From assembly GCA_018823105.1 (NCBI GenBank), contig JAHJJH010000224.1, forward strand, positions 1 through 47,077: DNA of 47,077 nucleotides, read 5' to 3'. Position 1 is the first letter of the stretch; each line of letters begins with the position of its first letter. Positions 1-8,829 of the stretch are shown here, one piece after another. The translations under genes and the position numbers were made by a program. The notes beneath the pieces are model-generated. The model ran no database searches. It had not been told where the DNA came from and saw only the letters and a program-made list of their open reading frames with translations. Source of the DNA: Verrucomicrobiota bacterium. GTDB taxonomy: Bacteria > Verrucomicrobiota > Kiritimatiellia > CAIQIC01 > JAGNIJ01.

Positions 1-1113
1 GTGGTCCTCGGACTGGTGAGCCTCCTGCTCTACATCCTCTGGTTGTTGCGTCGCCACCCGCCCATCCCCCGCCCCCCGCGCGTGACGGGGCGCGAATCCG
101 ATCACACACGCATGGGGCGGTACTGCCGCTACCTGGTCAGCTACCTCCAGCACCTGGCCACGAATCCCAACCTGCCGGAAGACCGCCGGGCGGCCTTGCG
201 GGAGGGCGCCCGTGAAATCCGCGACGTGCTCTCCGCGCACCCGCTGAACGAGGACCTGGCCCGAACCATCCTGAAAACCGAGGAGCAGGTTGTGCTCCCG
301 GCCCTGGCCGCACTGAACGAGCTGGCTTCCGCCGAGGTGCGCCGGTGCGTGCGCGACGTGATGCTGGGCGTGACGTTGAGCCCCTACCAGGCGCTCGACC
401 TGGTCGTGGTGCTCTACCGCAACCTGGCGATGACGAACCGGCTGGTCCGCCTCTACCACGGCCGCCCCTCGCCGGGCGACGCCTGGCGCATGCTCCGTGA
501 CATCCTGATGACCGTGGCCACCGTGAACGCGCTGAACTTGAGCCGCAAGCTGTTCGCCAGCCTGCTCTCGGAGGTGCCGCTGCTCGGGCGCGTGGTGGAA
601 GGCATCGGCCAGGGGCTCGGCGCCGGGTTGATGACTTCCATCACCGGGCACACGGCCATGGACCGCTGCACGGCGTTCCGCGGATGGAACGCCGAGGAGG
701 AACGCCGATCCCTCGGGCATCGCATGGCCGGGTTCCTCACGGATGTCCGGGACCTGTTCACGAAAGATCTTCTCCCACAACTGAAGGGACTGATCCGCGC
801 CGGGGCGCAACCCGGCACGGCGGACCAGCCGGGTTTCTGGGATGCCATCGCCCGCGGCGTTGGTTCGGCGGTGGACCTGACCGCCCGGGTGGCCGACACG
901 CTGGTGCTCCAACCCGTCGTCGCGGTCGGCACCGGGGTGGTGCAGGCCGGGACGTACCTGACGCGGGGCGCGGTCCAAGCGGGGCAGACGGCCGTCCGCG
1001 CGACGCGGCGGCGGGTCAAGCGGGCCGGCGGCGGCGTCGGCCGCGTCTTTCGCACGTTCGGGCAGCGGCTTTATTACCTCTTTCGCGCCCCGCGCTTTTT
1101 CGATGGACCTTGA
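1..1113 (+). CDS. DUF697/YcjF-family membrane protein, 5'-truncated at window edge
   Basis: Frame open from position 1. Segment 'VTLSPYQALDLVVVLYRNLAMTNRLVRLYHGRP' and 'GQGLGAGLMT..TGH.AM..C' resemble the YcjF/DUF697 C-terminal region. Confidence 0.6.
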   Translation: MVLGLVSLLLYILWLLRRHPPIPRPPRVTGRESDHTRMGRYCRYLVSYLQHLATNPNLPEDRRAALREGAREIRDVLSAHPLNEDLARTILKTEEQVVLPALAALNELASAEVRRCVRDVMLGVTLSPYQALDLVVVLYRNLAMTNRLVRLYHGRPSPGDAWRMLRDILMTVATVNALNLSRKLFASLLSEVPLLGRVVEGIGQGLGAGLMTSITGHTAMDRCTAFRGWNAEEERRSLGHRMAGFLTDVRDLFTKDLLPQLKGLIRAGAQPGTADQPGFWDAIARGVGSAVDLTARVADTLVLQPVVAVGTGVVQAGTYLTRGAVQAGQTAVRATRRRVKRAGGGVGRVFRTFGQRLYYLFRAPRFFDGP

Positions 1114-1123
1114 TGACAATCCC

Positions 1124-3232
1124 ATGAAGAAACAGTCCGCCACCCATCTTCTGCCCAGCACGCCCCTGCTGGTGCCATACGGGGCGCACGTAGTGGAAAA
1201 AGGGGTGCAGTTCACGCTCTTCAGCCGGCACGCCACGCGCGTGTGGCTGATGCTCTTCGACAACCCGGACGATACCGAGCCCGTGGAGGAATTCGAGCTG
1301 ACCTCCGACCGCAACCGCATCGGCGACATCTGGCACCTGCACGTCGAGGACGCGCGGGAGGGCCAGTTCTACCTCTACCGGATGGAGGGCCGGACGCCCA
1401 AGGGCGTGGCCAATTTCTTCGACCCCGAACAGTGGCTCCTGGACCCCTACGCGCTGGCCGTAGCCGGCGCGCCGAAATGGGAGGACACCCGGGGCCTGGC
1501 GCCGGGTGTCGTGCCTCGCCACGGACCGCTCTTTCCCAAGGGCGTCATCGTGCGCGACGATTTTGACTGGTCGAAGGACCGGACGCTGCGCGTCCCGCTC
1601 GCCGACACGGTGATCTACGAGATGCACCTGCGCGGCTACACGGCGCACGCCTCGTCGGGCGTCAAGGCCCCCGGGACGTACCGCGGGCTCATTGAAAAAA
1701 TCCCCTACCTGCGCGACCTGGGCGTGACGGCCGTCGAACTGCTGCCGATCCAGGAATTCAACGAGATGGAGTACTACCAGGCCAACGACGCGCGGCGCGA
1801 CCTGCGCAATTTCTGGGGATACAGTACGCTGGCGTTCTTCGCCCCCAACGGGCGGTACGCGCAGGACGGCGTGGTCGGGCGGCAGGTCCGGGAGTTCAAG
1901 AAGATGGTCATGGCCCTGCACCAGGCCGGCCTGGAGGTTATCCTCGACGTGGTCTTCAATCACACCGCCGAGAACGGCGACGGCGGACCCACCTACTCGT
2001 TCCGCGGCATTGACAACTCGATTTTTTACCTGATGGAGGAGAACCGGCCGCACTACAAGAACTTCTCGGGCTGCGGCAACACGGTGAACAGCAACCACCC
2101 GGTCGTCCGCGATTTCATCCTCAACTGCCTGCGCTACTGGGTCCTGCACATGCACGTGGACGGATTCCGGTTCGACCTCGCCAGCATCCTGGCTCGCGGC
2201 GCGGACGGGGAGTTGCTGCCCGACCCGCCCATCGTGGAACACATCGCCGAGGACCCCGCCCTGCGCGATACCAAAATCATCGCCGAGGCCTGGGACGCCG
2301 CGGGCGCCTACCAGGTCGGCACCTTCCCCAACGAGCGCTGGTCCGAGTGGAACGGCCTGTTCCGGGACGACATCCGCCGCTACTGGAAAGGCGAGGCCGG
2401 GATGCTGGGCCGTCTCGCCATGCGCCTGACCGGCAGCGCGGATCTCTACGACAAGAGCGGCCAGACCCCGAGGAAGAGCATCAACTTCGTCACCTGCCAC
2501 GACGGGTTCACCCTCCGGGACCTCGTTTCCTACGAGCGCAAACATAACGAGGCCAACGGAGAGCAGAACCGGGACGGCGAGCGCCACAACCACAGCCGCC
2601 ACTATGGCGAGGAGGGCCCCACCCGCGATCCGGAAATCAACGCCGTGCGCAGCCGCCAGCAGAAAAACCTCCTGGCGACGCTCTTCCTTTCCATGGGCGT
2701 GCCCATGGTGCTCGCCGGGGACGAGTTCTCGCGCACCCAGAGGGGCAACAACAACGCCTATTGCCAGGACAACAAGATCAACTGGGTGAACTGGGAGCTG
2801 CTCCAGGAGAACCAGGCCCTCCATGCCTTCGTGAAGAGGCTGATCGCATTCCGCAAGGCGCACCCGTCGCTGCGCCGGACGCGGTTCCTGGGCGGAAAGC
2901 AGCCCGAGGCGACCAACGCAGACATCGCCTGGCATGGCGTCAACGGGCGCGCCCCCGATTGGGAGAAGGACTTTGCCGTGGCCTGCCTGTTGAACGGGCG
3001 GGCCGAGCATACGGGCGGCCCCGAGGACGACGACAGCCTCTTCATGATCTTCAACGCCGGCGAGGAACCTGCCACTTTCCTCATCCCGCCGCCGCCCGAC
3101 AAGCCCTGGACCCTGGCCCTGACCACCGAGGAGCATCCGCCCATGTGGTATCGCGCGAAGGGCGTATTCACCGCCGACGCGCGGTCGGTCACCGCCCTCG
3201 CCTCCGCGCCCTTCCGCCGGTTCTGGCGGTGA
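1124..3232 (+). CDS. glgX: Glycogen debranching enzyme (isoamylase, CBM48 + GH13_11)
   Basis: Motifs 'GVQFTLFSRHA', 'NFWGYST', 'LDVVFNH', 'VDGFRFDLAS', 'IAEAWD', 'NFVTCHDGFTL', 'TQRGNNNAYCQDN'. ATG 1124 follows the upstream stop; the ORF is open from 1103. Confidence 0.95.
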   Translation: MKKQSATHLLPSTPLLVPYGAHVVEKGVQFTLFSRHATRVWLMLFDNPDDTEPVEEFELTSDRNRIGDIWHLHVEDAREGQFYLYRMEGRTPKGVANFFDPEQWLLDPYALAVAGAPKWEDTRGLAPGVVPRHGPLFPKGVIVRDDFDWSKDRTLRVPLADTVIYEMHLRGYTAHASSGVKAPGTYRGLIEKIPYLRDLGVTAVELLPIQEFNEMEYYQANDARRDLRNFWGYSTLAFFAPNGRYAQDGVVGRQVREFKKMVMALHQAGLEVILDVVFNHTAENGDGGPTYSFRGIDNSIFYLMEENRPHYKNFSGCGNTVNSNHPVVRDFILNCLRYWVLHMHVDGFRFDLASILARGADGELLPDPPIVEHIAEDPALRDTKIIAEAWDAAGAYQVGTFPNERWSEWNGLFRDDIRRYWKGEAGMLGRLAMRLTGSADLYDKSGQTPRKSINFVTCHDGFTLRDLVSYERKHNEANGEQNRDGERHNHSRHYGEEGPTRDPEINAVRSRQQKNLLATLFLSMGVPMVLAGDEFSRTQRGNNNAYCQDNKINWVNWELLQENQALHAFVKRLIAFRKAHPSLRRTRFLGGKQPEATNADIAWHGVNGRAPDWEKDFAVACLLNGRAEHTGGPEDDDSLFMIFNAGEEPATFLIPPPPDKPWTLALTTEEHPPMWYRAKGVFTADARSVTALASAPFRRFWR

Positions 3233-3263
3233 GGGAAGAAACAACATCCGAGAGGTCGGGGCG

Positions 3264-3339
3264 TGTCATGCCGAGCCTGTCGAGGCATCTCCGCCATGAA
3301 CAGCATATCGGAGATCCCTCGACTTCGCTCGGGATGACA
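3264..3339. repeat. Imperfect intergenic palindrome (~30-bp arms, REP/MITE-like) between convergent genes
   Basis: TGTCATGCCGAGCCTGTCGAGGCATCTCCG (3264-3293) pairs with CGGAGATCCCTCGACTTCGCTCGGGATGACA (3309-3339). Confidence 0.8.
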
Positions 3340-3351
3340 GCGCAACCGACA

Positions 3352-3705
3352 TCAGGCATTGGACGTTTTTTCCCGGCGTGCTTTGGCGACCGTCCGCGTC
3401 TCTGCCGCGATCCATTCCAGGAACGGAGGATGCCCCCTGGACAGCGGCCAGGCGACAATGCACGGGACTTCGTAACTGTGTTGTTTTTTAATCGCGCCAA
3501 TCAGTGCTTCAACGCGCCGCTCTTGTGTCTTCGCCAGCACGGCCACTTCGCGCCCGTCTTCGACGATGCCCCGCCAACGATAGATCGAACGGATCCCGGC
3601 CAGGATATTTACGCATGCCGCCAGACGCCGCTGGACGACGGCACGTCCGATTTTCCGGGCCTCTGTCATTGTGCCGGCCGTGAAATAGACCATCCAGATT
3701 TTCAT
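3352..3705 (-). CDS. cutA: Divalent-cation tolerance protein CutA
   Basis: 'ARKIGRAVVQRRLAACVNI..I.SIYRWRG', 'KT', 'HSYEVPCI' are CutA signatures. Start taken at MKIWMVY (ATG 3705). Confidence 0.92.
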   Translation of the reverse strand: MKIWMVYFTAGTMTEARKIGRAVVQRRLAACVNILAGIRSIYRWRGIVEDGREVAVLAKTQERRVEALIGAIKKQHSYEVPCIVAWPLSRGHPPFLEWIAAETRTVAKARREKTSNA

Positions 3706-3843
3706 AAAAACCCCTGTCTTTCTCGACCCTTCATTATCACTTTTTAGAATGCGTGGCAACGCCGAGCAGGGCCGTACCTAGTAAATAGAGAAATAGCCTG
3801 TAAATCAAATGGTAATGGCGCCGGCGAGCAGGTAGCGGCCTCT

Positions 3844-3858
3844 TGGTACGGAAGTTGC
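3844..3858 (+). promoter_or_regulatory. Putative sigma-54 (-24/-12) promoter for the lipoprotein gene
   Basis: TGGTACG-GAAG-TTGC matches TGGCACG-N4-TTGC at all but one position, ~20 nt upstream of ATG 3878. Confidence 0.5.
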
Positions 3859-3877
3859 GTTAATAATTCTGGGGTAT

Positions 3878-4465
3878 ATGAAGAAGGCATCCAGAATTGT
3901 GACCTTTTTGTTCCTCGCGCTTTTCGGGGCCGGGTGCGCCAGCATGCCCGCCCCCTATAAACCGGCAACAGAGGGCCGAATCAACAATGCCGAACGCGAC
4001 GTCGCTTTGGAAATCAGACTCGACACCGAGACCCCCGTCATCGCCATCGGCGATCCGATTTTTCTGATTGTAACGATCCGGAATGTCGGACCGAACCGCG
4101 TATGGCTGCCCCAGCAGCCCACCGTGTTGATCAGCTGGATTTACCCCGACGGCATACACGACAATTTCCTGAAGGAACTGCGCGAAGAAGAACGTTTGGC
4201 GCCTCACCAGCTCGTCTGCCTTGAACCGAACCAGCAGATATCGCAACGCGTCGAGGTGCGCACCTACTACTTCGATCGGCTGGGCGTCACGGAGTTCCGG
4301 GCCCTGTTGCACACAGGCCGCAACACGAATCCGGACACCGGGCCGACCTGGATGGGGCGGCTGCAATCGAATTCCTTCGGCGTCCGCATCGAGCGGCGCA
4401 CTAAAAAAAAGATGTCCGATTTCCGTATCGTGAATGGCGACGCCCCTGACCAGCCGGATGCGTAA
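3878..4465 (+). CDS. Hypothetical lipoprotein (probable Ig-like beta-sandwich)
   Basis: Basic N-region, hydrophobic stretch and lipobox 'FGAG-C' at residue 20. Beta-strand-like pattern 'IGDPIFLIVTIRNVG'. Confidence 0.7.
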   Translation: MKKASRIVTFLFLALFGAGCASMPAPYKPATEGRINNAERDVALEIRLDTETPVIAIGDPIFLIVTIRNVGPNRVWLPQQPTVLISWIYPDGIHDNFLKELREEERLAPHQLVCLEPNQQISQRVEVRTYYFDRLGVTEFRALLHTGRNTNPDTGPTWMGRLQSNSFGVRIERRTKKKMSDFRIVNGDAPDQPDA

Positions 4466-4469
4466 AATT

Positions 4470-4542
4470 CTCCGGCGGCGGAGCGCCGGAGCTACAGATT
4501 GTTTCGGTGTTCACCTGTAGTTCCGCCGCTCTGTCGGCGGAA
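4470..4542. repeat. Pair of GTAG-type REP-like hairpins in opposite orientation
   Basis: CTCCGGCG-gcggag-CGCCGGAG-CTAC (4470-4495) and GTAG-TTCCGCCG-ctctgt-CGGCGGAA (4517-4542), between convergent genes. Confidence 0.75.
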
Positions 4543-4556
4543 AGCAGAAGGGGCAT

Positions 4557-6296
4557 TCATGTCAACGTCACGCCCAGCGCCAGCACCTTCCATCCGCGCG
4601 CGGGAATGACCAGTTTGTCGGCGCGCACAGGCCTGTCCGTCCACAGATCGCGCGCCGCCCGTTCAAGACGATGTGAAACCGGCAGGTCTCCCGCGTTCAG
4701 CAACACGCGAATGACTTGCCGACGGTCATAACGCTCGAAGGCCAGCAGGCGCTCGTGCCCCGCGTCCAGCCAGCGAAGCCGTCCGCGTCGCAAGACCCGG
4801 TGCGCTTTCCGCAGGGCGATGGCGTGGCGTACAAAGGCCCGCAGTTCGAGGTCCGGTTCCCGCGGCGCGGCCGGGCAACTGCCCCGCGGTGTGTGAGTTT
4901 CCGGTTGGTGCCGGATATCACCCCAGCCCATGGGCTGGCGGTTGTCCGGATCGTTGGCCCCCCACATCCCGACCTCGGTCCCGTAGTAGAGCATCGGCGC
5001 GCCCAGGCCGGTCATCTGGAAAACGATCATCTGTCGCAGCGCGGCCAGCGCGCGCGGCCCCGGTCGCGTGGTCTTGAGATCCGGATTGGAATGCGCCCGC
5101 GGGAAATTGAAGTAGCTGTCCCAGTCCGGGAACGGCGGACAGGCGTTCTCCAGCAGCGTCAGGACGCGGCCGGTGTCGTGCGAATCCAGCAGGTTTTGCA
5201 ACGCGTAATTCACCGGGCGTGGGTACCGCCGCCAGAGCTCGTTGAGCCTTTTCTGCAATTCGGCGGCGGGCAGGGGGCGTTCGGAGGGCGAGAAAAAACC
5301 GAGCGTCGGATACAGCCACATGTAGTTCATCACGGCATCGAACTCATCGCCCCGGAGGAACTCGTCTGCGTAGCCCACGACCTCGCCCGTCGTGTAGGCC
5401 CGCGGATTGATCTTTTTCACGTGCCGGGCCCAGCTTTTCCAGAAACCGTGCGGCACGCAGAAGGCGACGTCCAGCCGCCAGCCGTCCACGCCGTCGGATG
5501 GATCGCCGTCGCCGTCCGGATCCATCCAGCGGCGCGTGATGGCGAAGAGGTAGTCGCGCACGGGTTTCGCCAGCGTGGTTTTTGTACGCGCCAGTTCCGG
5601 CAGCCCGGCGTGGTCGAACCAGCCCTGGTAGTCGAACGTGCCGTCGGCGCGCCATTCCTTGATGCGAAACCAGTCCTGGTAACGCGACGCGCGCCCGTTT
5701 GTCACCAGGTCGCGGAACGCGAAAAAGTGCGTGCCAACGTGGTTGAACACCCCGTCGAGGATGATGCGCATTCCGCGGTGATGCACCTCCGCGACCAGGT
5801 CCACAAGATAGCGGTCCGCCGCGGTCCATATCCACGTCTTCGGGTCCTCCGTCTCGCACGCGGCGGCGAGGAGGGCCAGGTCGCCCTCGCGGTCGGGGCC
5901 GAGGGTCGGGTCCACGTGATGCAGGCAGGCGGCATCGTACTTGTGCAGCGACGGCGCCATGAAGATCGGGTTCAGGTAGATCGCGTTGACGCCGAGGTCC
6001 TGGAGGTAATCCAGCTTCCCGCGCAATCCGACGAGGTCGCCGCCGAACCGGCGCTGATACACGGAACGATAGAACGCACCCGACAGCTTTTCCCAAGCCG
6101 CCCGATCGTACCAGTCCATGCCCCATGGCGAGACCTTCCAGCCCGGGACCGGGTTGCCGCCAATGTCTTCAGGGCGCGGATTGCTGGACGGGCAGCCGTT
6201 CCGGAACCGCTCCGGGAACACCTGGTACCAGATCGCATCCGCCGCCCAATCCGGCACCCGGCTTTTCGGTTTCACCGCGCGCGGGGCTCGTTTCAT
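4557..6296 (-). CDS. GH13 neopullulanase/cyclomaltodextrinase-type alpha-glycosidase (cytoplasmic)
   Basis: 'PDWAADAIWYQVFPERFRNG', 'GGDL.G...KLDYLQDLGVNAIYLNPIF', 'LDGVFNH', 'DGWRLDVA', 'GEV', 'NLLDSHD'. GGAGG lies 7 nt before ATG 6296 (alternative ATG 6302). Confidence 0.92.
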   Translation of the reverse strand: MKRAPRAVKPKSRVPDWAADAIWYQVFPERFRNGCPSSNPRPEDIGGNPVPGWKVSPWGMDWYDRAAWEKLSGAFYRSVYQRRFGGDLVGLRGKLDYLQDLGVNAIYLNPIFMAPSLHKYDAACLHHVDPTLGPDREGDLALLAAACETEDPKTWIWTAADRYLVDLVAEVHHRGMRIILDGVFNHVGTHFFAFRDLVTNGRASRYQDWFRIKEWRADGTFDYQGWFDHAGLPELARTKTTLAKPVRDYLFAITRRWMDPDGDGDPSDGVDGWRLDVAFCVPHGFWKSWARHVKKINPRAYTTGEVVGYADEFLRGDEFDAVMNYMWLYPTLGFFSPSERPLPAAELQKRLNELWRRYPRPVNYALQNLLDSHDTGRVLTLLENACPPFPDWDSYFNFPRAHSNPDLKTTRPGPRALAALRQMIVFQMTGLGAPMLYYGTEVGMWGANDPDNRQPMGWGDIRHQPETHTPRGSCPAAPREPDLELRAFVRHAIALRKAHRVLRRGRLRWLDAGHERLLAFERYDRRQVIRVLLNAGDLPVSHRLERAARDLWTDRPVRADKLVIPARGWKVLALGVTLT

Positions 6297-6353
6297 CGCC
6301 ATTCCTCCGGGAAATGGGGCGGCATTATACGCGGCCCCGGGGGGGCGTCAACG
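6277..6353. repeat. Left copy of 77-bp degenerate direct repeat bounding the 3.9-kb cassette
   Basis: Shares ordered, near-equally spaced blocks GCGCGC / GTTTCAT / TCCT / GGGAAATGG / ATTAT / CGCGGC / CGTCAACG with 10176-10252. Confidence 0.7.
6324..6351 (-). promoter_or_regulatory. Sigma-70-type promoter of the GH13 gene
   Basis: Minus strand TTGACG-N16-TATAAT, followed by GGAGG RBS and ATG. Confidence 0.7.
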
Positions 6354-6534
6354 AAAGCCCAAGAGTTCCCGCCATGCGGCCGATCACACCGTGGCATTGA
6401 ACAATGGGAAGAACTGACATAAAACTTGGTGACGCCGATGGGGGCAGGTCAACTTGGGCGGAATCACGCGTGTCGCCACGAGCGCAATGGCGACCGGATA
6501 AGGACATGCGGCTCCCGGCTTTGGGCCACACATT

Positions 6535-7872
6535 ATGAGGCTGCGCCATCTCGATCTGGAGGTTCTTCGGATCTTTGCCTCGATCGCGGCGACGCGCGTT
6601 GTGGACGCCGCCGCACTGGCGCGGATTCAGACCCGGCGGCTGAGGCGGCTCGTGAGGTACGCATACCGCCACGTGCCGTTCTACCGCGACCTGTTCGAAC
6701 GGTGCGGGCTCCGGCCGGACGACGTCCGCTCCGCGCGCGACCTGTCCCGCCTGCCGGTGATCGGAACGGACGTGCCGCGCGCCCGACTGCCGGAGATGGT
6801 CTCCCGGGAAGTCGACCTCGATCGTTGCCTGCGACGGGTCACGGCGGGCACGACCGGAGCCGCTCTTCTCTGCCCGTGGACGCGGCTGGAGATGCTGCTG
6901 GACATGATGCGGTGGACGCAAGGCTACATGAGGCACGGGCTGAGGCCGTGGCACAAGCAGGCGAAAATCGGAATCCCCCCTCTGATGAACCGGCGCCCGA
7001 CGTTCCTGCAGAAGCTCGGCCTGTTTCGCCGCCGCTACTTCCCCGTGCTGGAGTCGGCCCCGGCCAAGATCGCATGGCTCCGCGAGCAACGGCCCGACGC
7101 GCTCTTCACCTGGGCCTCCTGCCTGGACGAGATCAGCCGCCAACTCGAGCGGGAAGGCGGATCGTTGTCCATCCCCCTCGTCTTCAGCGCGTCCGACATG
7201 CTGTGGCCGGACACGCGCCGCCGCGTCCACGAGCGGATGGGCGCCCGCGTGACGAACACGTACGGCTCGGTGGAAACCGGTCCGGCGGCCTGGGAATGCC
7301 CGGTCGGGGGCGGGTTCCACGTCCTCACCCACGAGGTGATCGTCGAGATCCTGGACGAGCGGGAGGACCGGCCGTCCAGGCGGGGCCGCCTTGTCTGCAC
7401 GCCGCTGTGGCGGTTTACCATGCCGCTGTTCCGATACGCTATCGGAGACATGGCCGAGTGGGACGACCGCCCGTGTCCTTGCGGGAGCCCGCTGCCGGTG
7501 CTGCGGAACCTGCAGGGGCGGGCCTGCGACCTGATCCAGTGGCCGCCGGGAGGCCCCTGGGTACTGGCCGCACCTCTGCTGCGCCCGATGTATGAGTCCC
7601 CCGAGGTCAGGCAGTTCCAATTCGTCCAGGAGGCGCCGGATCGTTTTCTCCTACGCGTCGTGGACGAGCCGACGTTCGGCCCGGAAACCGAGCGGCGCCT
7701 GCTCGCCGACTACCGGACCTGTTTCGACGGAAAGATGCATGTGCGGATCCGCAAGGTCGCGCGGATCCGACAGCCGCCGGAGGTCAAGTTCACGACCATC
7801 GTCACCCTGAAACGCCTGGAGGAGATCCGGATCCGGGGCGGGGATGTCGGCTGTTTTTTCGAGGACACTTGA
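6535..7872 (+). CDS. Phenylacetate-CoA-ligase-like adenylate-forming enzyme (CapK/PaaK family)
   Basis: 'LRRLVRYAYRHVPFYRDLF', P-loop-like 'TAGTTG', 'NTYGSVETG..AWEC', 'MPLFRYAIGD', 'CPCG..LP.L....GR..D'. Confidence 0.85.
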   Translation: MRLRHLDLEVLRIFASIAATRVVDAAALARIQTRRLRRLVRYAYRHVPFYRDLFERCGLRPDDVRSARDLSRLPVIGTDVPRARLPEMVSREVDLDRCLRRVTAGTTGAALLCPWTRLEMLLDMMRWTQGYMRHGLRPWHKQAKIGIPPLMNRRPTFLQKLGLFRRRYFPVLESAPAKIAWLREQRPDALFTWASCLDEISRQLEREGGSLSIPLVFSASDMLWPDTRRRVHERMGARVTNTYGSVETGPAAWECPVGGGFHVLTHEVIVEILDEREDRPSRRGRLVCTPLWRFTMPLFRYAIGDMAEWDDRPCPCGSPLPVLRNLQGRACDLIQWPPGGPWVLAAPLLRPMYESPEVRQFQFVQEAPDRFLLRVVDEPTFGPETERRLLADYRTCFDGKMHVRIRKVARIRQPPEVKFTTIVTLKRLEEIRIRGGDVGCFFEDT

Positions 7873-7976
7873 AATGATCGGCCTCTCGCGAGCACCATTT
7901 GCTTGCGCATCCCTGCGTTCTATGGTCAAAGGGGTTGAACATGCGCAACCGTGATCAGCAGAAGGAATAAAATCAC

Positions 7977-8807
7977 ATGCCAAACCCAGATCCCATGTCC
8001 GACCAAAACCCCGCAATCCACGAGAAGCAGTATGCCAGCAACAAATGGAAACCCCCGGTTTCGATCCGGCCGACCCGGGAGTTGCTGGAGGTATACGACC
8101 GATGGATTGCGCGGACGGCAGAACGTCGGGGTGCGCGCATGCTCATCTTGGGCTCGACTCCGGAGTTGCGGGACCTGGCCCTGGCCCACGGCCTCGTGCC
8201 CGTGTCCTGCGACCACAGCCCGGTCATATGGGAGAGCATGAAGGCCCTCATGACGCAGCGCGGCCCGGAGGAGTTCCTGCAGGTGAACTGGCTGGAAATC
8301 CCGGAAGCCCATCCATATGACCTGGTCGCAGGCGACGGCTCGCTGGTGATGCTCCGGCCGGACCAGATCGAGCCGATGCTGCTGAAGATCGCAAAGCTCT
8401 TGGCCCCCACCGGAGCGGCGCTCCTGAAGGTGGGCGTCCGAAGCCGCCCGTTCGCGCCGAAGGACTTTACGGACGCCGTCGCGGAATATCGGCGCACCCG
8501 CCCGCCCATGTCGTTGCACGAGTACGTCCTCATCCTTGTCACCGAGTTGCGCAGCGACCGCTACGTGGATTGGACGCTGCGCGAGTTGTGGGAGCGCGTG
8601 CTCTTCGCGCACTTGACCCCCGAAGAAATCGCCGAGGTCCGGCCGTGCCTGCTGGACGCCCGGTTCTACACGCCCACGAAGGCGGACTTCGAACGAATGG
8701 CGGCTGGTTGCTTTACCGTGGAACAGGTGGTCGAGGCCAAGGGACCCGGGCAGTGGGGCACGACGCATCTGTACGTGCTCCGGCCCGTGATCGCCGCCGG
8801 AGGATAG
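7977..8807 (+). CDS. Class I SAM-dependent methyltransferase-like protein
   Basis: 'MLILGSTPELRDLA' (motif I variant), 'VSCD', 'YDLVAGDGSL', 'LLAPTGAALL'. Start could also be ATG 7995. Confidence 0.65.
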   Translation: MPNPDPMSDQNPAIHEKQYASNKWKPPVSIRPTRELLEVYDRWIARTAERRGARMLILGSTPELRDLALAHGLVPVSCDHSPVIWESMKALMTQRGPEEFLQVNWLEIPEAHPYDLVAGDGSLVMLRPDQIEPMLLKIAKLLAPTGAALLKVGVRSRPFAPKDFTDAVAEYRRTRPPMSLHEYVLILVTELRSDRYVDWTLRELWERVLFAHLTPEEIAEVRPCLLDARFYTPTKADFERMAAGCFTVEQVVEAKGPGQWGTTHLYVLRPVIAAGG

Positions 8808-8829
8808 TGCGGTACCCGGTCTTGCGTTC

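Noticed and set aside
3808-3870. tRNA-like start 'TGGCGCCGGCGAGCAGG' suggesting a minus-strand tRNA
   Set aside because: No TTCGA T-loop and no cloverleaf can be formed.
5500-5530. DPDGDGDPSDG acidic loop in the cytoplasmic GH13 as a novel motif
   Set aside because: An acidic DxDGDG loop just before DGWRLDV is a familiar feature of this GH13 group, so it is not considered new.
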